From a virus (taxonomy: Duplodnaviria > Heunggongvirae > Uroviricota > Caudoviricetes): 64,000 nucleotides of DNA. Where the stretch lies: the IMG/VR virus record IMGVR_UViG_2721755711_000002; one strand, given 5' to 3'. A model generated the notes under the pieces. That model was not told the DNA's origin. It did no database searches and saw nothing but the letters and a program-made list of their open reading frames with translations. Shown here piece by piece: positions 1-9,638 of this stretch. Position 1 is the stretch's first letter; every line of letters begins with the position of its first letter. The translations under genes were made by a program, and so were the position numbers.

Positions 1-1020
1 TTACTTACTGACCACAAGAGGTAGATCCAGTGTTGGCGTGATTTTTGTTTTGCGATCATAAATCAACACCTGATTTTCTGTTTTGTGCCCACTGAAAATT
101 TGTTTGTCGCGGCTGCTGCCTTCGTAATCTGAAATCCCTTTGGCTTTTATGTCATGGAAGTTGCACCCAAACGGAACGCCGGCTTTTTGCTCGGCTGCAC
201 GTTTAGCCTGATTCCACCAGTTGTTCAGCGTTTTAGCTATGACCTTCCCGCCTTTGGTTGTGTTGATCACATACTCGCATGTGCCGGAAGATACATTTCG
301 GGCTAATTGGATCACTGTGCGTAATCGTGGAGACCATTCCTTGATTTGTTTAGTGCCGGTCTTGTTTTGCTCAATGTAAATCCCTTTATCCATAATATCC
401 TGCCATTTCAGCTCGAGTACATCACCGAGCCTTGCCGCACAAAGATAGGATATCTCCATTGCAATACGTAACTGTGGAATTGCTTCCGCATATATTGCAG
501 CATACTGTTCATCGGTGATGTAAACAGTACGGGCTTTAAGTGTGAATTTTCTGACTCCTTTGCATGGATTATTTTTCACATACCCACGCTCATATCCCCA
601 TCCGTATACACGGCTCAGACTTGCCAGTTCATGGTTTGCCTGGGTCTTGCTCTCAAGTCCTCGCTTATCCATGAAAATTCTTACCTGTTCAATTTTTACA
701 TTATCAGCAAGCACTTTTCCGAATACTGCCAACAATGCCCTTTGATGTTGCCGATAATCTTTTTGGGTTCGGGGGGCCAGTTCTGTAAATGCAGGGGAGT
801 CCATAAACATGTGCCATAATTTAGCTACTGTCATTATGTTGTGGAGTTTTGCTTTTTCCAGCTCATAATTTTGCCAGACTTTAGCTACGCTGGTTTCCCG
901 CACTCTTCCGAGCCCTATAGTTCTTGTGCTTCCTTCGGGTTTCCATACGTAACTGTAACCATTCGATCTAACACGCGGTGGTAGTGCATTATCTTTTTTG
1001 TTTTTTCTTGGTCTTCCCAT
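1..1020 (-). CDS. int: Tyrosine-type site-specific integrase, complete (stop codon at window positions 1-3)
   Basis: 339-aa ORF with phage-integrase-like sequence; Xis-like ORF overlaps its start; position at prophage left edge. Confidence 0.85.
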   Translation of the reverse strand: MGRPRKNKKDNALPPRVRSNGYSYVWKPEGSTRTIGLGRVRETSVAKVWQNYELEKAKLHNIMTVAKLWHMFMDSPAFTELAPRTQKDYRQHQRALLAVFGKVLADNVKIEQVRIFMDKRGLESKTQANHELASLSRVYGWGYERGYVKNNPCKGVRKFTLKARTVYITDEQYAAIYAEAIPQLRIAMEISYLCAARLGDVLELKWQDIMDKGIYIEQNKTGTKQIKEWSPRLRTVIQLARNVSSGTCEYVINTTKGGKVIAKTLNNWWNQAKRAAEQKAGVPFGCNFHDIKAKGISDYEGSSRDKQIFSGHKTENQVLIYDRKTKITPTLDLPLVVSK

Positions 1021-1240
1021 TGTTCAGCGCCTCAAAATCGGGTTCAGCGGAAACCAGTTCAGGTGCTTTTGGCATCGTAGTCAGTCCGTGTGGAATATCC
1101 CTGCGAAGAACTATTGGTTCGTTTTTAGGACCGATTACAAATGGGATACCGTGCAGCCTTAACTGGTGTTGCTGTTTTGTGTATCGCTCGTATTTCGTGA
1201 TCTCTTGAATCTCTGCTGGCGATAGAGTTAATTCGTACAT
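989..1240 (-). CDS. xis: Excisionase-like small basic protein
   Basis: 83-aa ORF overlapping the integrase start, same strand; classic int-xis arrangement. Confidence 0.55.
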   Translation of the reverse strand: MYELTLSPAEIQEITKYERYTKQQHQLRLHGIPFVIGPKNEPIVLRRDIPHGLTTMPKAPELVSAEPDFEALNNGKTKKKQKR

Positions 1241-1306
1241 GTGGTCACGTGCCTTACAGCATGACCGCCGCCAATATAATTCGGAGACGGCGATCAGGGT
1301 TGAACA

Positions 1307-3814
1307 TTAAAAATCAACCGGATTCGGGATCAGTTTTTGCCAGATTGCTGAAACGTATTTTGCCTGGTGACGGGCGTCATCCAGTGCATTGTGGCGCACG
1401 CCTTCGAATGGAATAACGGTTTTGGCATCAAAGTCGATTGTTTTTCCCAGCTCAACGATTGTGCGTACATCGCGATCGTTGTGGTAGCGCCACGGGCAGG
1501 GGATCTCCAGACGTTCGTATGAGGTGCGCAAAATTGCGTTATCGAAAGTTGCACCATTACCCCATACCTGAACGAATTTTTCATCTGAGTATTCGTTGAT
1601 GAACTCCCGAAACCGCGAAAGGGCATCCTTCAGTTTTACCTGGTCTGTTAAAATGGCAGCTCTGGCTTCACTGGACTGCTTCAGCCACCATTTGATGGTT
1701 CCACCGTCAGGAGCAGCCCCTGTATTCATTGCGTCAGTCAGACTGATAACGATATAAAATACTGGCCCGATTTCCCCTGTTTGTGGGTCGAAGAAAACCG
1801 CACCAATAACCACGATGGGCGCATTGGTGTTGGTTCCCATTGTTTCAAGGTCGATCATCAGGTGGTACCACACTCTGCTGGTGGATGTGATAACGTGATG
1901 ACCGTTCACCACAATTAAGGGATCTGCCGTCTCACCAGTTTCATTATCGCTGGTGTGATGCTGATCGTTACCAGCATTCTCATTGTTCGGATGTTCAGCG
2001 CCTTCCATTTCCTCCGGATCATCTTCCTGAACTTCAGCCTGATTTTTTTCATCGAATGTTTCCTGGTATGTTGCGTTGCCCATCACCGCGCCACAGTCAG
2101 GACAGTTGCCGCCGCCGGTCTGACTGCAGGTGGTGCAGACTTTTTCCGGTTCTTGTTGCTCTTTTGGTTCAGGCTGTTTCGTTTCTGGCTCGTTTTGTAA
2201 CGCATTTGGGCTGTTTTGTTCCGCTTTCTGGTCGTTTTGTAACGCATTTGGGCTGTTTTGTTCCGCTTTCTGGTCGTTTTGTTCCGATTCGGGCTGGTTC
2301 TGGTTCACAGAATCGCGGGTTTCAATCCCCTTAACCCATTTCGGATCATTCGGGTCGCTAATTCCGTCAACGAACTCACCGCGATGGACTGCCAGTATTT
2401 TGTCGGCATCAGGCTGGTTGATATTGGCTGCCTGCATAATTTTGTTTACTTCGTCAGCGGTAACTTTTACCTGTTTAACTGGATCTACCTGTTCCTGAGT
2501 ATCCAGCGATTGCGTGTCCTGGTGATGTTCAGTTGTATCCGGCTCCATTGCTTCGGCCGTTGCCTGTTCATCTGCCATTGCGTCAGACGGTTGTGATTTT
2601 TCCTCATTATTTTTTTCTTCTTCTGTTTCGCGTTCAGCAGCCAGTTCGCGGTTAACTTCTTCCAGGATATCTTTTTCCGGTGTATGTCGTGCAGCAGTGA
2701 GAGTTTCCTTGCTGGGGTTCTCGTGATCAGTCTCCGTTAAGTGGGCGTTGATATACCCCTGAAGGCGTCCCGGGTAGTGATAAAACTCAGGGTGAGCGCT
2801 CCGGATAAGTGCAAAAATAGCGGCGCGGGAATAATCCAGAATACCCGGGGTTGCGCGAAGTGCTGCGGACCATTCTTTGAACGGACTTTCTCTTTTCAGG
2901 ACGATTTCTTTTGCGCGACGATAAACGCTACCCGGAATTTCATAAATATTAAAATCCATCGGAAGTGTGGCTGCTGCAGTCTCCACATCCAGCGTATCGA
3001 AGGTGTGTACTAAATTCGGATTGCGATCGGTTTTGTTCCCGCCACCGGCATTTGCACCGGAAGCCGTACGGGTGATACGCGAAACACGATTTCCTTTCAT
3101 CCACTCTTTTGTCAGCAGACCGCGATCGGTGTAGTCGGCGTCCAGGTATGCTTCGATAAAAGAAGTTATCAGTCCCAGGTCCGAATTTACGGGGGCGGGG
3201 AAAACTTTGTCAGTGTCTCGCACCAGTTTGTGGAGATCGCGAATCTCCAGCGGTTCGAGTTGCGCTGCTTTATTTGAGATAGCCAGCGCGGTAACGGCGG
3301 GAAGTTTTTCATCCTGTGCGTTATGTAATGCGCGCAGTTCGTCCCGCGAAACGTGTGTGATCGGTTTTTCGCTGCCGTGCTGTGCCAGCCATCGAACAGG
3401 CAGAATCTGACCTGAAACCGGCAGGAGCATGTTCTCCTCAATCTCAGTCATGTCTTCGCCGTTGACGTTGGTATTGTCAGTGTTGGCTGGTTTATCCTGA
3501 ACAGAGGGCGAGGGCGCGATAAGTACCATTGTGATACCATCTTCCCCGCCTTTTTCGTATCGGTTGCAGAATTCGGTATCAAACACGCCTTCCGGAGGAA
3601 GGTCATTCACAACGGGTAAATGGACGCGAACAGGTTTTTTAAAGTCGTCTTCATCATAATCGTTGTCATCCATTGCGGTAATGCAGCGGGAGATGGCAAC
3701 AGATAATTTTTTTGCTGTAGTCCAGTAAAAACCACCTTTAATTCCAAGGCGTTTTCTGACTTTGTCATTTTTTGCTTCACAATATAATGCAAATTCTTCT
3801 TTATCAGTGCTCAT
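1307..3814 (-). CDS. Large exonuclease with C-terminal DnaQ-like (DEDDh) 3'-5' exonuclease domain and acidic repeat-containing N-terminal region
   Basis: 835-aa ORF; C-terminal motifs MIDLETMG, WGNGATFDNAIL, HNALDDARH match Exo I/II/III of DEDDh nucleases; sits in the lambda exo position. Confidence 0.7.
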   Translation of the reverse strand: MSTDKEEFALYCEAKNDKVRKRLGIKGGFYWTTAKKLSVAISRCITAMDDNDYDEDDFKKPVRVHLPVVNDLPPEGVFDTEFCNRYEKGGEDGITMVLIAPSPSVQDKPANTDNTNVNGEDMTEIEENMLLPVSGQILPVRWLAQHGSEKPITHVSRDELRALHNAQDEKLPAVTALAISNKAAQLEPLEIRDLHKLVRDTDKVFPAPVNSDLGLITSFIEAYLDADYTDRGLLTKEWMKGNRVSRITRTASGANAGGGNKTDRNPNLVHTFDTLDVETAAATLPMDFNIYEIPGSVYRRAKEIVLKRESPFKEWSAALRATPGILDYSRAAIFALIRSAHPEFYHYPGRLQGYINAHLTETDHENPSKETLTAARHTPEKDILEEVNRELAAERETEEEKNNEEKSQPSDAMADEQATAEAMEPDTTEHHQDTQSLDTQEQVDPVKQVKVTADEVNKIMQAANINQPDADKILAVHRGEFVDGISDPNDPKWVKGIETRDSVNQNQPESEQNDQKAEQNSPNALQNDQKAEQNSPNALQNEPETKQPEPKEQQEPEKVCTTCSQTGGGNCPDCGAVMGNATYQETFDEKNQAEVQEDDPEEMEGAEHPNNENAGNDQHHTSDNETGETADPLIVVNGHHVITSTSRVWYHLMIDLETMGTNTNAPIVVIGAVFFDPQTGEIGPVFYIVISLTDAMNTGAAPDGGTIKWWLKQSSEARAAILTDQVKLKDALSRFREFINEYSDEKFVQVWGNGATFDNAILRTSYERLEIPCPWRYHNDRDVRTIVELGKTIDFDAKTVIPFEGVRHNALDDARHQAKYVSAIWQKLIPNPVDF
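2191..2274 (-). repeat. Perfect in-frame 42-bp tandem duplication (2 copies) inside the exonuclease gene
   Basis: cgttttgtaacgcatttgggctgttttgttccgctttctggt occurs twice back to back; encodes duplicated 14-aa unit QNDQKAEQNSPNAL. Confidence 0.85.
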
Positions 3815-3891
3815 TGATAAACCTCATTACAGATTTAAGGGTGAACAAATCCCTGTCATTGCTGACATATAAAAATGAAACCGAATATCAA

Positions 3892-4095
3892 TTACGGCGC
3901 TGTTTTAAGTCCTGCCGGGATTTCGTTATTATCCTGGTGAATAACTTTATCGACCGGATAACAGTTACCGGGAATTTTCTGTTCATCTGCGGCAGCCATG
4001 CATTCTTTCATTGAGCTGTATACGCCAGTAACCATGTCAACTGGTTCACCGGAAACAAGAAAAACCGTCAGAACAAGTGCAAATGTGGTATTCAT
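3892..4095 (-). CDS. Small secreted protein of unknown function (signal-peptide-like N-terminus)
   Basis: 67-aa ORF from MNTTFALVLTVFLVSG; start overlaps stop of upstream ORF (ATGA coupling). Confidence 0.4.
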   Translation of the reverse strand: MNTTFALVLTVFLVSGEPVDMVTGVYSSMKECMAAADEQKIPGNCYPVDKVIHQDNNEIPAGLKTAP

Positions 4096-4280
4096 TGCCA
4101 GCATCCTTTTTGCGTCGGGCGTAAACGGGCCAGCATTGAAGCAATGCATATCTCATTTGATGAATCTGGCTCATGCTTTATCTGATTAATGGCATCCTCA
4201 ATAAAGTTTTTATCGCCAGTGATAACGCCAATTTCAAAACGAGTCTCAGGCGTAGTGGAATTGAGTAATAACGTTTCCAT
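4095..4280 (-). CDS. Small hypothetical protein
   Basis: 62-aa ORF from internal ATG with GAGG ribosome-binding site; translationally coupled to next gene. Confidence 0.35.
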
Positions 4281-4832
4281 TATCGCGTCCTCAACAATGA
4301 ATTTTGTGATGCGGTGCCTGGTGCCTCCAGGTGACGTTAACCAGTTAACAATTAACGCCGGAATACAGGGACCCGCCTGCAAGTACCTACCCATAAGTAT
4401 TGATACGGAGAACAAATGGTCTTTTAACTGTTCCGCGTGCGCTTAGCCGCATTCACCACATCACAAAATTCACTTTAAAAAGGGCGGACATCAGCCAGCA
4501 ATTAAACTGATGCCGCCAAAGGTCAATACTCAACATGGAGTGTTGTAGCGGGGTTGTCACTTAAGCGTATGGTCAACCTGCCAACCCGGTGCCACAATGG
4601 GGTAAGGATAACCCCGCCATACTTACCGCCGCGCCATTTCGCGGAGTGCCACAACCGGAAGCGCACGGTCGAAGAAATCTAACGACAAGACTTCTAAGGA
4701 AAAGAAACCTTCGCCGTGCGATTTCGTGTTGTGTGCCTGCTTTTAACCACATCAGGCGAGGTGGTTCCTGTTGTTCCCCAACAACAAGAAATTTGTATAA
4801 TCCGGATACCCCAACAACACAGAGAGTTAAGA

Positions 4833-5351
4833 ATGCTATCTGGAATAACTTCATCAATAACGGCAATTAAAGTCTCGATTGATTTATTACAGGTAATACT
4901 TGATGCAAAAAGCCAATCTGAACGTGAAAAGGCTGTCTACGAAATGCGTCGCCAACTGGCAGACTTACAAATACAGAACGCAGAGCTAGCGAAAACGCTC
5001 GCGCTTCAGTACGAGGAAATACTCTTGCTTAAGCAAAAATGTCATGAAATTGACGAGCGTAATCGAAAACTTGAATGCTATACGATACACAAAACTGGTT
5101 TTGGGCATTTTGTCTATGCTTTCAGGAACAGCCTCGACGAAGAAGACACATGTTTTCACTATGCCTGTCCCAATTGCTATCAGCATGGTGTAATAGCAAT
5201 ACTTCAACCTGTTGAAATTGGTGAGCATGATAAGTTCCATATTTCTAAATGCCTGAAATGTGATTCGCGCTTTAAATTTGAACGCAATGATGACTATATA
5301 CCGCCCCCATCTGAAGAAGAGATAGGTAGAGCATTGAGCAGCAATCCGTAG
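4833..5351 (+). CDS. Hypothetical coiled-coil protein with C-terminal CxxC...CxxC zinc-ribbon-like motif (moron candidate)
   Basis: 172-aa ORF on opposite strand to neighbours; AT-rich by eye; upstream TGTATAAT extended -10 at ~4793-4801. Confidence 0.5.
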   Translation: MLSGITSSITAIKVSIDLLQVILDAKSQSEREKAVYEMRRQLADLQIQNAELAKTLALQYEEILLLKQKCHEIDERNRKLECYTIHKTGFGHFVYAFRNSLDEEDTCFHYACPNCYQHGVIAILQPVEIGEHDKFHISKCLKCDSRFKFERNDDYIPPPSEEEIGRALSSNP

Positions 5352-5513
5352 GTTATTGCTGTTGTGGATATCCAGATTGTTAAAGAGCATGCCGGAAGGT
5401 TATCCGTGTCCGGCGCACGACCACACGTAGCAGCGTGTTGGTCTCCATTTTTAATTCACCCCTTAATGGAGGATAAAATAATCGTGGTGCTGGTCGGCTC
5501 GGTCCCGCAGGTG

Positions 5514-6149
5514 TTACCCTTTAAACCAGTCAATCCAGAGTGGATAGTGTTCAGCATAAATATAGCTATACACATCCAGGTTGTATTTGCGGTCTGTCCT
5601 TAGCAGGTCGCAAATACAGGCCGCAGCTTCCAGGGCAGCAGCTTTGTTGCTGAATAACCATGTAGCAACATTCCGGCGATTATCTGTATCCCACTCTTTT
5701 GTGAGGGCTGACACCACGAAGGAGCCGTTGGTGTTGCCATCAAATACTTCCGTTTCCAGATTTTTAAGTAATGCCTGGTGAATTTTTGCCAGGTATTCAG
5801 TCGGAATTTCGCCACGAATTCGGATAAGTTTGTCATAAACAAACATGTTCCCCGCATATGGCGATTTTTCTTTCTTTTGTTCACTGGCAGGCTGGTCAAT
5901 TTCGTCTTCGGTTGGTTTCGTATTGATGTTTTGCACTGTCGTTTCTGCAATTTTCTTTGCCACACTCTCTGAGTCGTGTTTATTTTCAGGCGCACAGGAA
6001 TACAGTCCGACAAACGCATCTCGCACATTTCGAGCCATATTATCAGTGTCTTTTTTCGTTACCGATTCCAATGCAAGTTCGTTCAGACGTTGACGTAGTG
6101 TGTGTACTGCAATCTCCTGGATTGATAGCGGTAAATCTTTAAATTCCAT
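5514..6149 (-). CDS. Hypothetical early-left-operon protein
   Basis: 211-aa ORF from second ATG (GAGG site); no family recognised. Confidence 0.5.
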   Translation of the reverse strand: MEFKDLPLSIQEIAVHTLRQRLNELALESVTKKDTDNMARNVRDAFVGLYSCAPENKHDSESVAKKIAETTVQNINTKPTEDEIDQPASEQKKEKSPYAGNMFVYDKLIRIRGEIPTEYLAKIHQALLKNLETEVFDGNTNGSFVVSALTKEWDTDNRRNVATWLFSNKAAALEAAACICDLLRTDRKYNLDVYSYIYAEHYPLWIDWFKG

Positions 6150-6160
6150 CGTTAACCTCA

Positions 6161-6397
6161 TCAGTCAGTATTTCTGGCTAACCAGCGACGCGCGCCAGCT
6201 TCGGTTTTAAACGTTTTGCTTTTGGTATACGTCATCGCGGTGAACGTACCGTCCTGGTTTGGAAACACGCCGTATACCAGAGATTCGTTGTTGCCAAGAT
6301 CGATAGTATCCATGCTGACCTCATTTCCCCTTAACGCCGGGGTAGCGGAACAAAAACCTGCTGCATAGTTAAAGTTGAACCCTGCCGTCATGTTCAT
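6161..6397 (-). CDS. Small hypothetical protein, first gene of leftward early operon
   Basis: 78-aa ORF immediately downstream of operator-like palindromes; stop abuts next gene. Confidence 0.45.
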   Translation of the reverse strand: MNMTAGFNFNYAAGFCSATPALRGNEVSMDTIDLGNNESLVYGVFPNQDGTFTAMTYTKSKTFKTEAGARRWLARNTD

Positions 6398-6495
6398 ACG
6401 CCTCGGGCTGGCTACTTAACCCCTGACCACAGCCTGGTAACTCGAAGTATTGCCCTGCGTTCTGTGGGGCGGAGTGGGTTGGCATGAAAGGAAGG

Positions 6496-6534
6496 ATACC
6501 CATGGGTATCCAAAAAGTAAATACCCATGGGTAA
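6496..6534. promoter_or_regulatory. Two copies of palindrome ATACCCATGGGTAT (second 13/14), OL-like operator candidate
   Basis: Perfect 14-bp palindrome at 6496-6509 and near-copy at 6521-6534, between repressor 3' end and leftward early genes. Confidence 0.4.
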
Positions 6535-6577
6535 TTTTTTTTGAGGTGTCTTAACTGGTGATTGGTTGTTTGGTTAG

Positions 6578-6997
6578 TTATGATGCGTTTTGTGCTTTCT
6601 TTTTACGGATTTCTTCGTAGATCATATTGTAATACTGTTTTTTCTCTTCAAGAGTTTTTAATAAGTTATCCGCTTCACTTTCTGGCAGTTCGTCTAAGAG
6701 ATCTAAAAAAATACGTTGTCGTGGCGTTAGAACCCTTGTTTCATAATTGGAGGCTGTGTTCGTTGATGATGAAACGATACCATCCATCCATCCTCGGGGT
6801 AACCCAAAGGACTCTTCGATAATCTCCACCATATCATCAGCGATCCGTTTTTTTCCCTTTTTCCCCTCTGGGTACAACATTCTTGATACATAAGAAGGCT
6901 CGCGACCGATTTTTCTGGCTACGTTAACCGCTTTACCATCGCATTTCTCATCACGAATTTTGATGAGTTGCTGTCGTCTAAATTCATATTTGTCCAT
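6578..6997 (-). CDS. Prophage repressor-like DNA-binding protein (Rac RacR-like position; no S24 peptidase domain recognised)
   Basis: 139-aa ORF divergent from Cro-like gene; HTH-like segment VNVARKIGREPSYVSRML. Confidence 0.55.
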   Translation of the reverse strand: MDKYEFRRQQLIKIRDEKCDGKAVNVARKIGREPSYVSRMLYPEGKKGKKRIADDMVEIIEESFGLPRGWMDGIVSSSTNTASNYETRVLTPRQRIFLDLLDELPESEADNLLKTLEEKKQYYNMIYEEIRKKKAQNAS

Positions 6998-7030
6998 AGG
7001 TAAATAATAGATGCGATTACCGCAAGGTAA

Positions 7031-7069
7031 ACAACCTGTAGGTATTGACTTTTGTTTACCTGTGGGTAT
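7031..7069. promoter_or_regulatory. OR-like operator/promoter region with direct repeats CCTGTRGGTAT
   Basis: Repeats at 7035-7045 and 7059-7069 in the repressor-cro intergenic region; share GGGTAT half-site with the 6496 palindromes. Confidence 0.35.
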
Positions 7070-7097
7070 TCTTTGCTGTGTTTACTAAGGAGTAGCT

Positions 7098-7379
7098 ATG
7101 GAAGAATTAAGAATATTTCTCAATTCTCTTTCGTCAGATGAACAGCGTATGTTTGCATGCGAGTGTGGTACCAGCATCGGTTATCTAAGAAAGGCATTGA
7201 GTAAAGGTCAAGTGTTAGGGGCATCGTTATGTGTCCTTATTGAGCGAGCCAGTAATGGTGAAGTTACACGTCAGCAACTAAGGCCTTTTGATTGGATGAA
7301 TATTTGGCCCGAGCTGGAAGATACCAAAACGTTAACACAACCACTTTCTAGGAGCTTGATTCATGAAAATCAAGCATGA
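7098..7379 (+). CDS. Cro/YdaS-like small HTH regulator
   Basis: 93-aa ORF with AAGGAG site, divergent from repressor; followed by YdaT-like gene. Confidence 0.55.
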   Translation: MEELRIFLNSLSSDEQRMFACECGTSIGYLRKALSKGQVLGASLCVLIERASNGEVTRQQLRPFDWMNIWPELEDTKTLTQPLSRSLIHENQA

Positions 7380-7788
7380 ACACATCCGCATGGCGATGAA
7401 TGCCTGGGCGCATCCAGACGGTGAAAAAGTTCCGGCAGCTGAAATAACCCAGGCTTATTTTGAGTTGGGGCTGACGTTTCCTGAACTGTACGACGACAGC
7501 CATCCGGAAGCCCTGGGCCGTAACACCCAGAAAATTTTCCGCTGGGTGAAGAAAGACACTCCTGATGCGGTTAAAAAAATTCAGGCGTTGTTACCAGCGA
7601 TCGAAAAAGCAATGCCGCCTCCGCTGGTGGCCCGAATGCGCAGCCACAGTTCCGCTTATTTTCGGGAGTTGGTAGAGACGAAGGAACGGCTGGTGAAAGA
7701 TATTGATGATTTCGTTGCATCAGCGATCGTTCTGTTCGATCAGATGAATCGTGGTGGCCCGGCAGGAAACACTCTGGCTGTGCATTAA
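7363..7788 (+). CDS. ydaT: YdaT-like protein (Rac prophage toxin family)
   Basis: 141-aa ORF starting MKIKHEHI as recalled for E. coli YdaT; position after Cro/YdaS-like gene. Confidence 0.5.
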   Translation: MKIKHEHIRMAMNAWAHPDGEKVPAAEITQAYFELGLTFPELYDDSHPEALGRNTQKIFRWVKKDTPDAVKKIQALLPAIEKAMPPPLVARMRSHSSAYFRELVETKERLVKDIDDFVASAIVLFDQMNRGGPAGNTLAVH

Positions 7789-7801
7789 TTGGGTAATAAA
7801 T

Positions 7802-8311
7802 ATGAGTAATGACAAAAAATTGACACTGAGCGTTTACGAAAACAGTCCGCACATCTGGCGTGGCGGTTTATCTGATATGGAGCTGGCAGAGTGGTTGATA
7901 CATAAAGCTAATGCGCTGCTCTGGCGTTTGTCAGCCAGAGAACAGCGCAAGGAAACCAGAATAAAGCTGGCTGATGCAGAAGCGTGTGCCGGGCTTATTG
8001 AGGATTATACAAATCTTGGTATTTCTTCAGCAGAGAGTGATCCCATTCAGCCTCTGAGCAGGGAGTCAATCCAGCACGCTGGTTGTATGGCACATCTTGT
8101 AACTGCTCGTCAACATGAGGTGGGTATTGGATCACTTCCGGTGGGATATTCGCTGATTCCAGAGCTGGTTGAAGCAAGAAAATCAGTTCAGAAAAAGAGA
8201 GATGACGCACTTCAATTATTGAGAGAGCACTATGGCGCGATACCAGAATGCGAACAGCGTCGATACCCTGAAGGTTATGAATGGATGCAGTCTCTTTTTG
8301 AAGTTCGCTAA
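7802..8311 (+). CDS. Hypothetical early protein
   Basis: 169-aa ORF from MSNDKK; a similar-length antisense ORF exists, so strand is uncertain. Confidence 0.35.
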   Translation: MSNDKKLTLSVYENSPHIWRGGLSDMELAEWLIHKANALLWRLSAREQRKETRIKLADAEACAGLIEDYTNLGISSAESDPIQPLSRESIQHAGCMAHLVTARQHEVGIGSLPVGYSLIPELVEARKSVQKKRDDALQLLREHYGAIPECEQRRYPEGYEWMQSLFEVR

Positions 8312-8528
8312 TCAATATGTCGAGACGAAGGTATGTTTCGGCGCGCAGCCAGGCTCTGTAATCCGGGAGCATTTCGGGGCTGTTACACCAGCGGTTTGTT
8401 GCTGCAACATTTAATACATGAGCCTGATAAAGGCTTTTCAAAAAATACATGTCGAACCTCCTCTGGTTCTGTCGATTGGGCACCACAGATTATATCCGGA
8501 GGAAGGTTCGGCACCAGATGAGGTAGCC

Positions 8529-9638
8529 ATGCGTGATTACGCAAAAGTTTCTCCGCGATTCTGGCTGGGAGAAACGGGGAGAGAACTTAGAAAGGCGGGT
8601 GCAGAAGCGCAAGTTGTTGCTTTTTACCTGATGACATCCCCTCACGCAAATATGCTGGGTTTGTATTACCTGCCAGTTTTATACCTTGCTCATGAAACCG
8701 GGCTTGGTCTGGAAGGGGCTTCAAAGGGGCTTAAAAGGGCTGTTGAAGCTGGTTTTTGTAGCTATGACCATGATGCCGAGATGGTCTGGGTCCATGAAAT
8801 GGCAGCCTGGCAGGTTGGGGAAACGTTGAAGCCTGGCGATAACCGTTGTGCAGGTGTCAGGAATGAGTATGCATCATTACCTGAAAACGCTTTTCTGTCA
8901 GCGTTTTATGACAGATATAAAACGGATTTCCATCTGGATGTGAGGCGGAATAATAGCCGAAATTCGGTAAGGGGCTTCGAAGGGGCTTTTAAGGGGCTTC
9001 GAAGCCAAGAACAGGAGCAGGAGAAAGAACAGGAACAGGACAAAAACACTATGGCTCATGGTGAAAAAAACACCACGAACCAGGCAGGGGATGTTCAGAC
9101 CGTAAATTCTGGTCAGCCAGCAGGCACGACACCGGAAGCCGATTCGGCGTATGCGCTGAAAGCCGATTCGGGCGCTGTGCAGCAGGTGATGACCGCAGGG
9201 TCGGAGCAATCACACCAACTGCAGCAGCCTGAAGCCGATTCCGCCATTCAGCGGGAAGCCGATCGGGTAGTCCCGGAAAACACCGGGCGGCCTGTGGGAC
9301 GAGTGGATTATCCGGATGTGTTCGAACAGGTCTGGCGGGAATACCCGTTGCGTGCCGGGGCAAACCCGAAGAAATCCGCATTCAGTGCCTGGAAGGCCAG
9401 ATTGCGCGAGGGGGTGCCACCAGAGACCATGCTGGATGGTGTGAGGCGTTACGCGAGATACCTGGCGGCGACCGGGAAAGCGGGAACGGAATTTGTTCAG
9501 CGAGCGACGACGTTTTTTGGACCGGACCGGAATTTTGAAAACCCCTGGTTGCTCCCGGTAAGCGGCACGAACAACCAGCGTTGTGTGAATCACATTTCTG
9601 AACCGGACACCGAAATTCCACCAGGGTTCAGGGGATAA
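8529..9638 (+). CDS. Phage replication protein (replisome organizer, O-like) with conserved phage C-terminal domain
   Basis: 369-aa ORF from MRDYAKVSPRFW with GAGG site; both termini resemble prophage replication initiators. Confidence 0.55.
   Translation: MRDYAKVSPRFWLGETGRELRKAGAEAQVVAFYLMTSPHANMLGLYYLPVLYLAHETGLGLEGASKGLKRAVEAGFCSYDHDAEMVWVHEMAAWQVGETLKPGDNRCAGVRNEYASLPENAFLSAFYDRYKTDFHLDVRRNNSRNSVRGFEGAFKGLRSQEQEQEKEQEQDKNTMAHGEKNTTNQAGDVQTVNSGQPAGTTPEADSAYALKADSGAVQQVMTAGSEQSHQLQQPEADSAIQREADRVVPENTGRPVGRVDYPDVFEQVWREYPLRAGANPKKSAFSAWKARLREGVPPETMLDGVRRYARYLAATGKAGTEFVQRATTFFGPDRNFENPWLLPVSGTNNQRCVNHISEPDTEIPPGFRG

Noticed and set aside
2191-2274. CRISPR-like array suggested by tandem direct repeats (also 13337-13444)
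   Set aside because: Only two in-frame copies inside coding sequence, with no unique spacers or cas genes; these are coding tandem duplications.
1330-3441. Several antisense or alternate-frame ORFs (1330-1626, 1955-2200, 2056-2334, 2130-2498, 2258-2596, 2741-3013, 3187-3441) inside the exonuclease gene
   Set aside because: They lie wholly within a long confidently called ORF and have repeat-driven low-complexity translations; treated as shadow ORFs.
5514-6397. N-like antiterminator at the start of the leftward early operon
   Set aside because: Neither product is arginine-rich or resembles lambda N; no N assignment made.
7995-8486. 163-aa minus-strand ORF antisense to the 7802-8311 gene
   Set aside because: Opposes the rightward early operon and has no obvious ribosome-binding site; the plus-strand ORF fits the operon better, though the choice is not certain.
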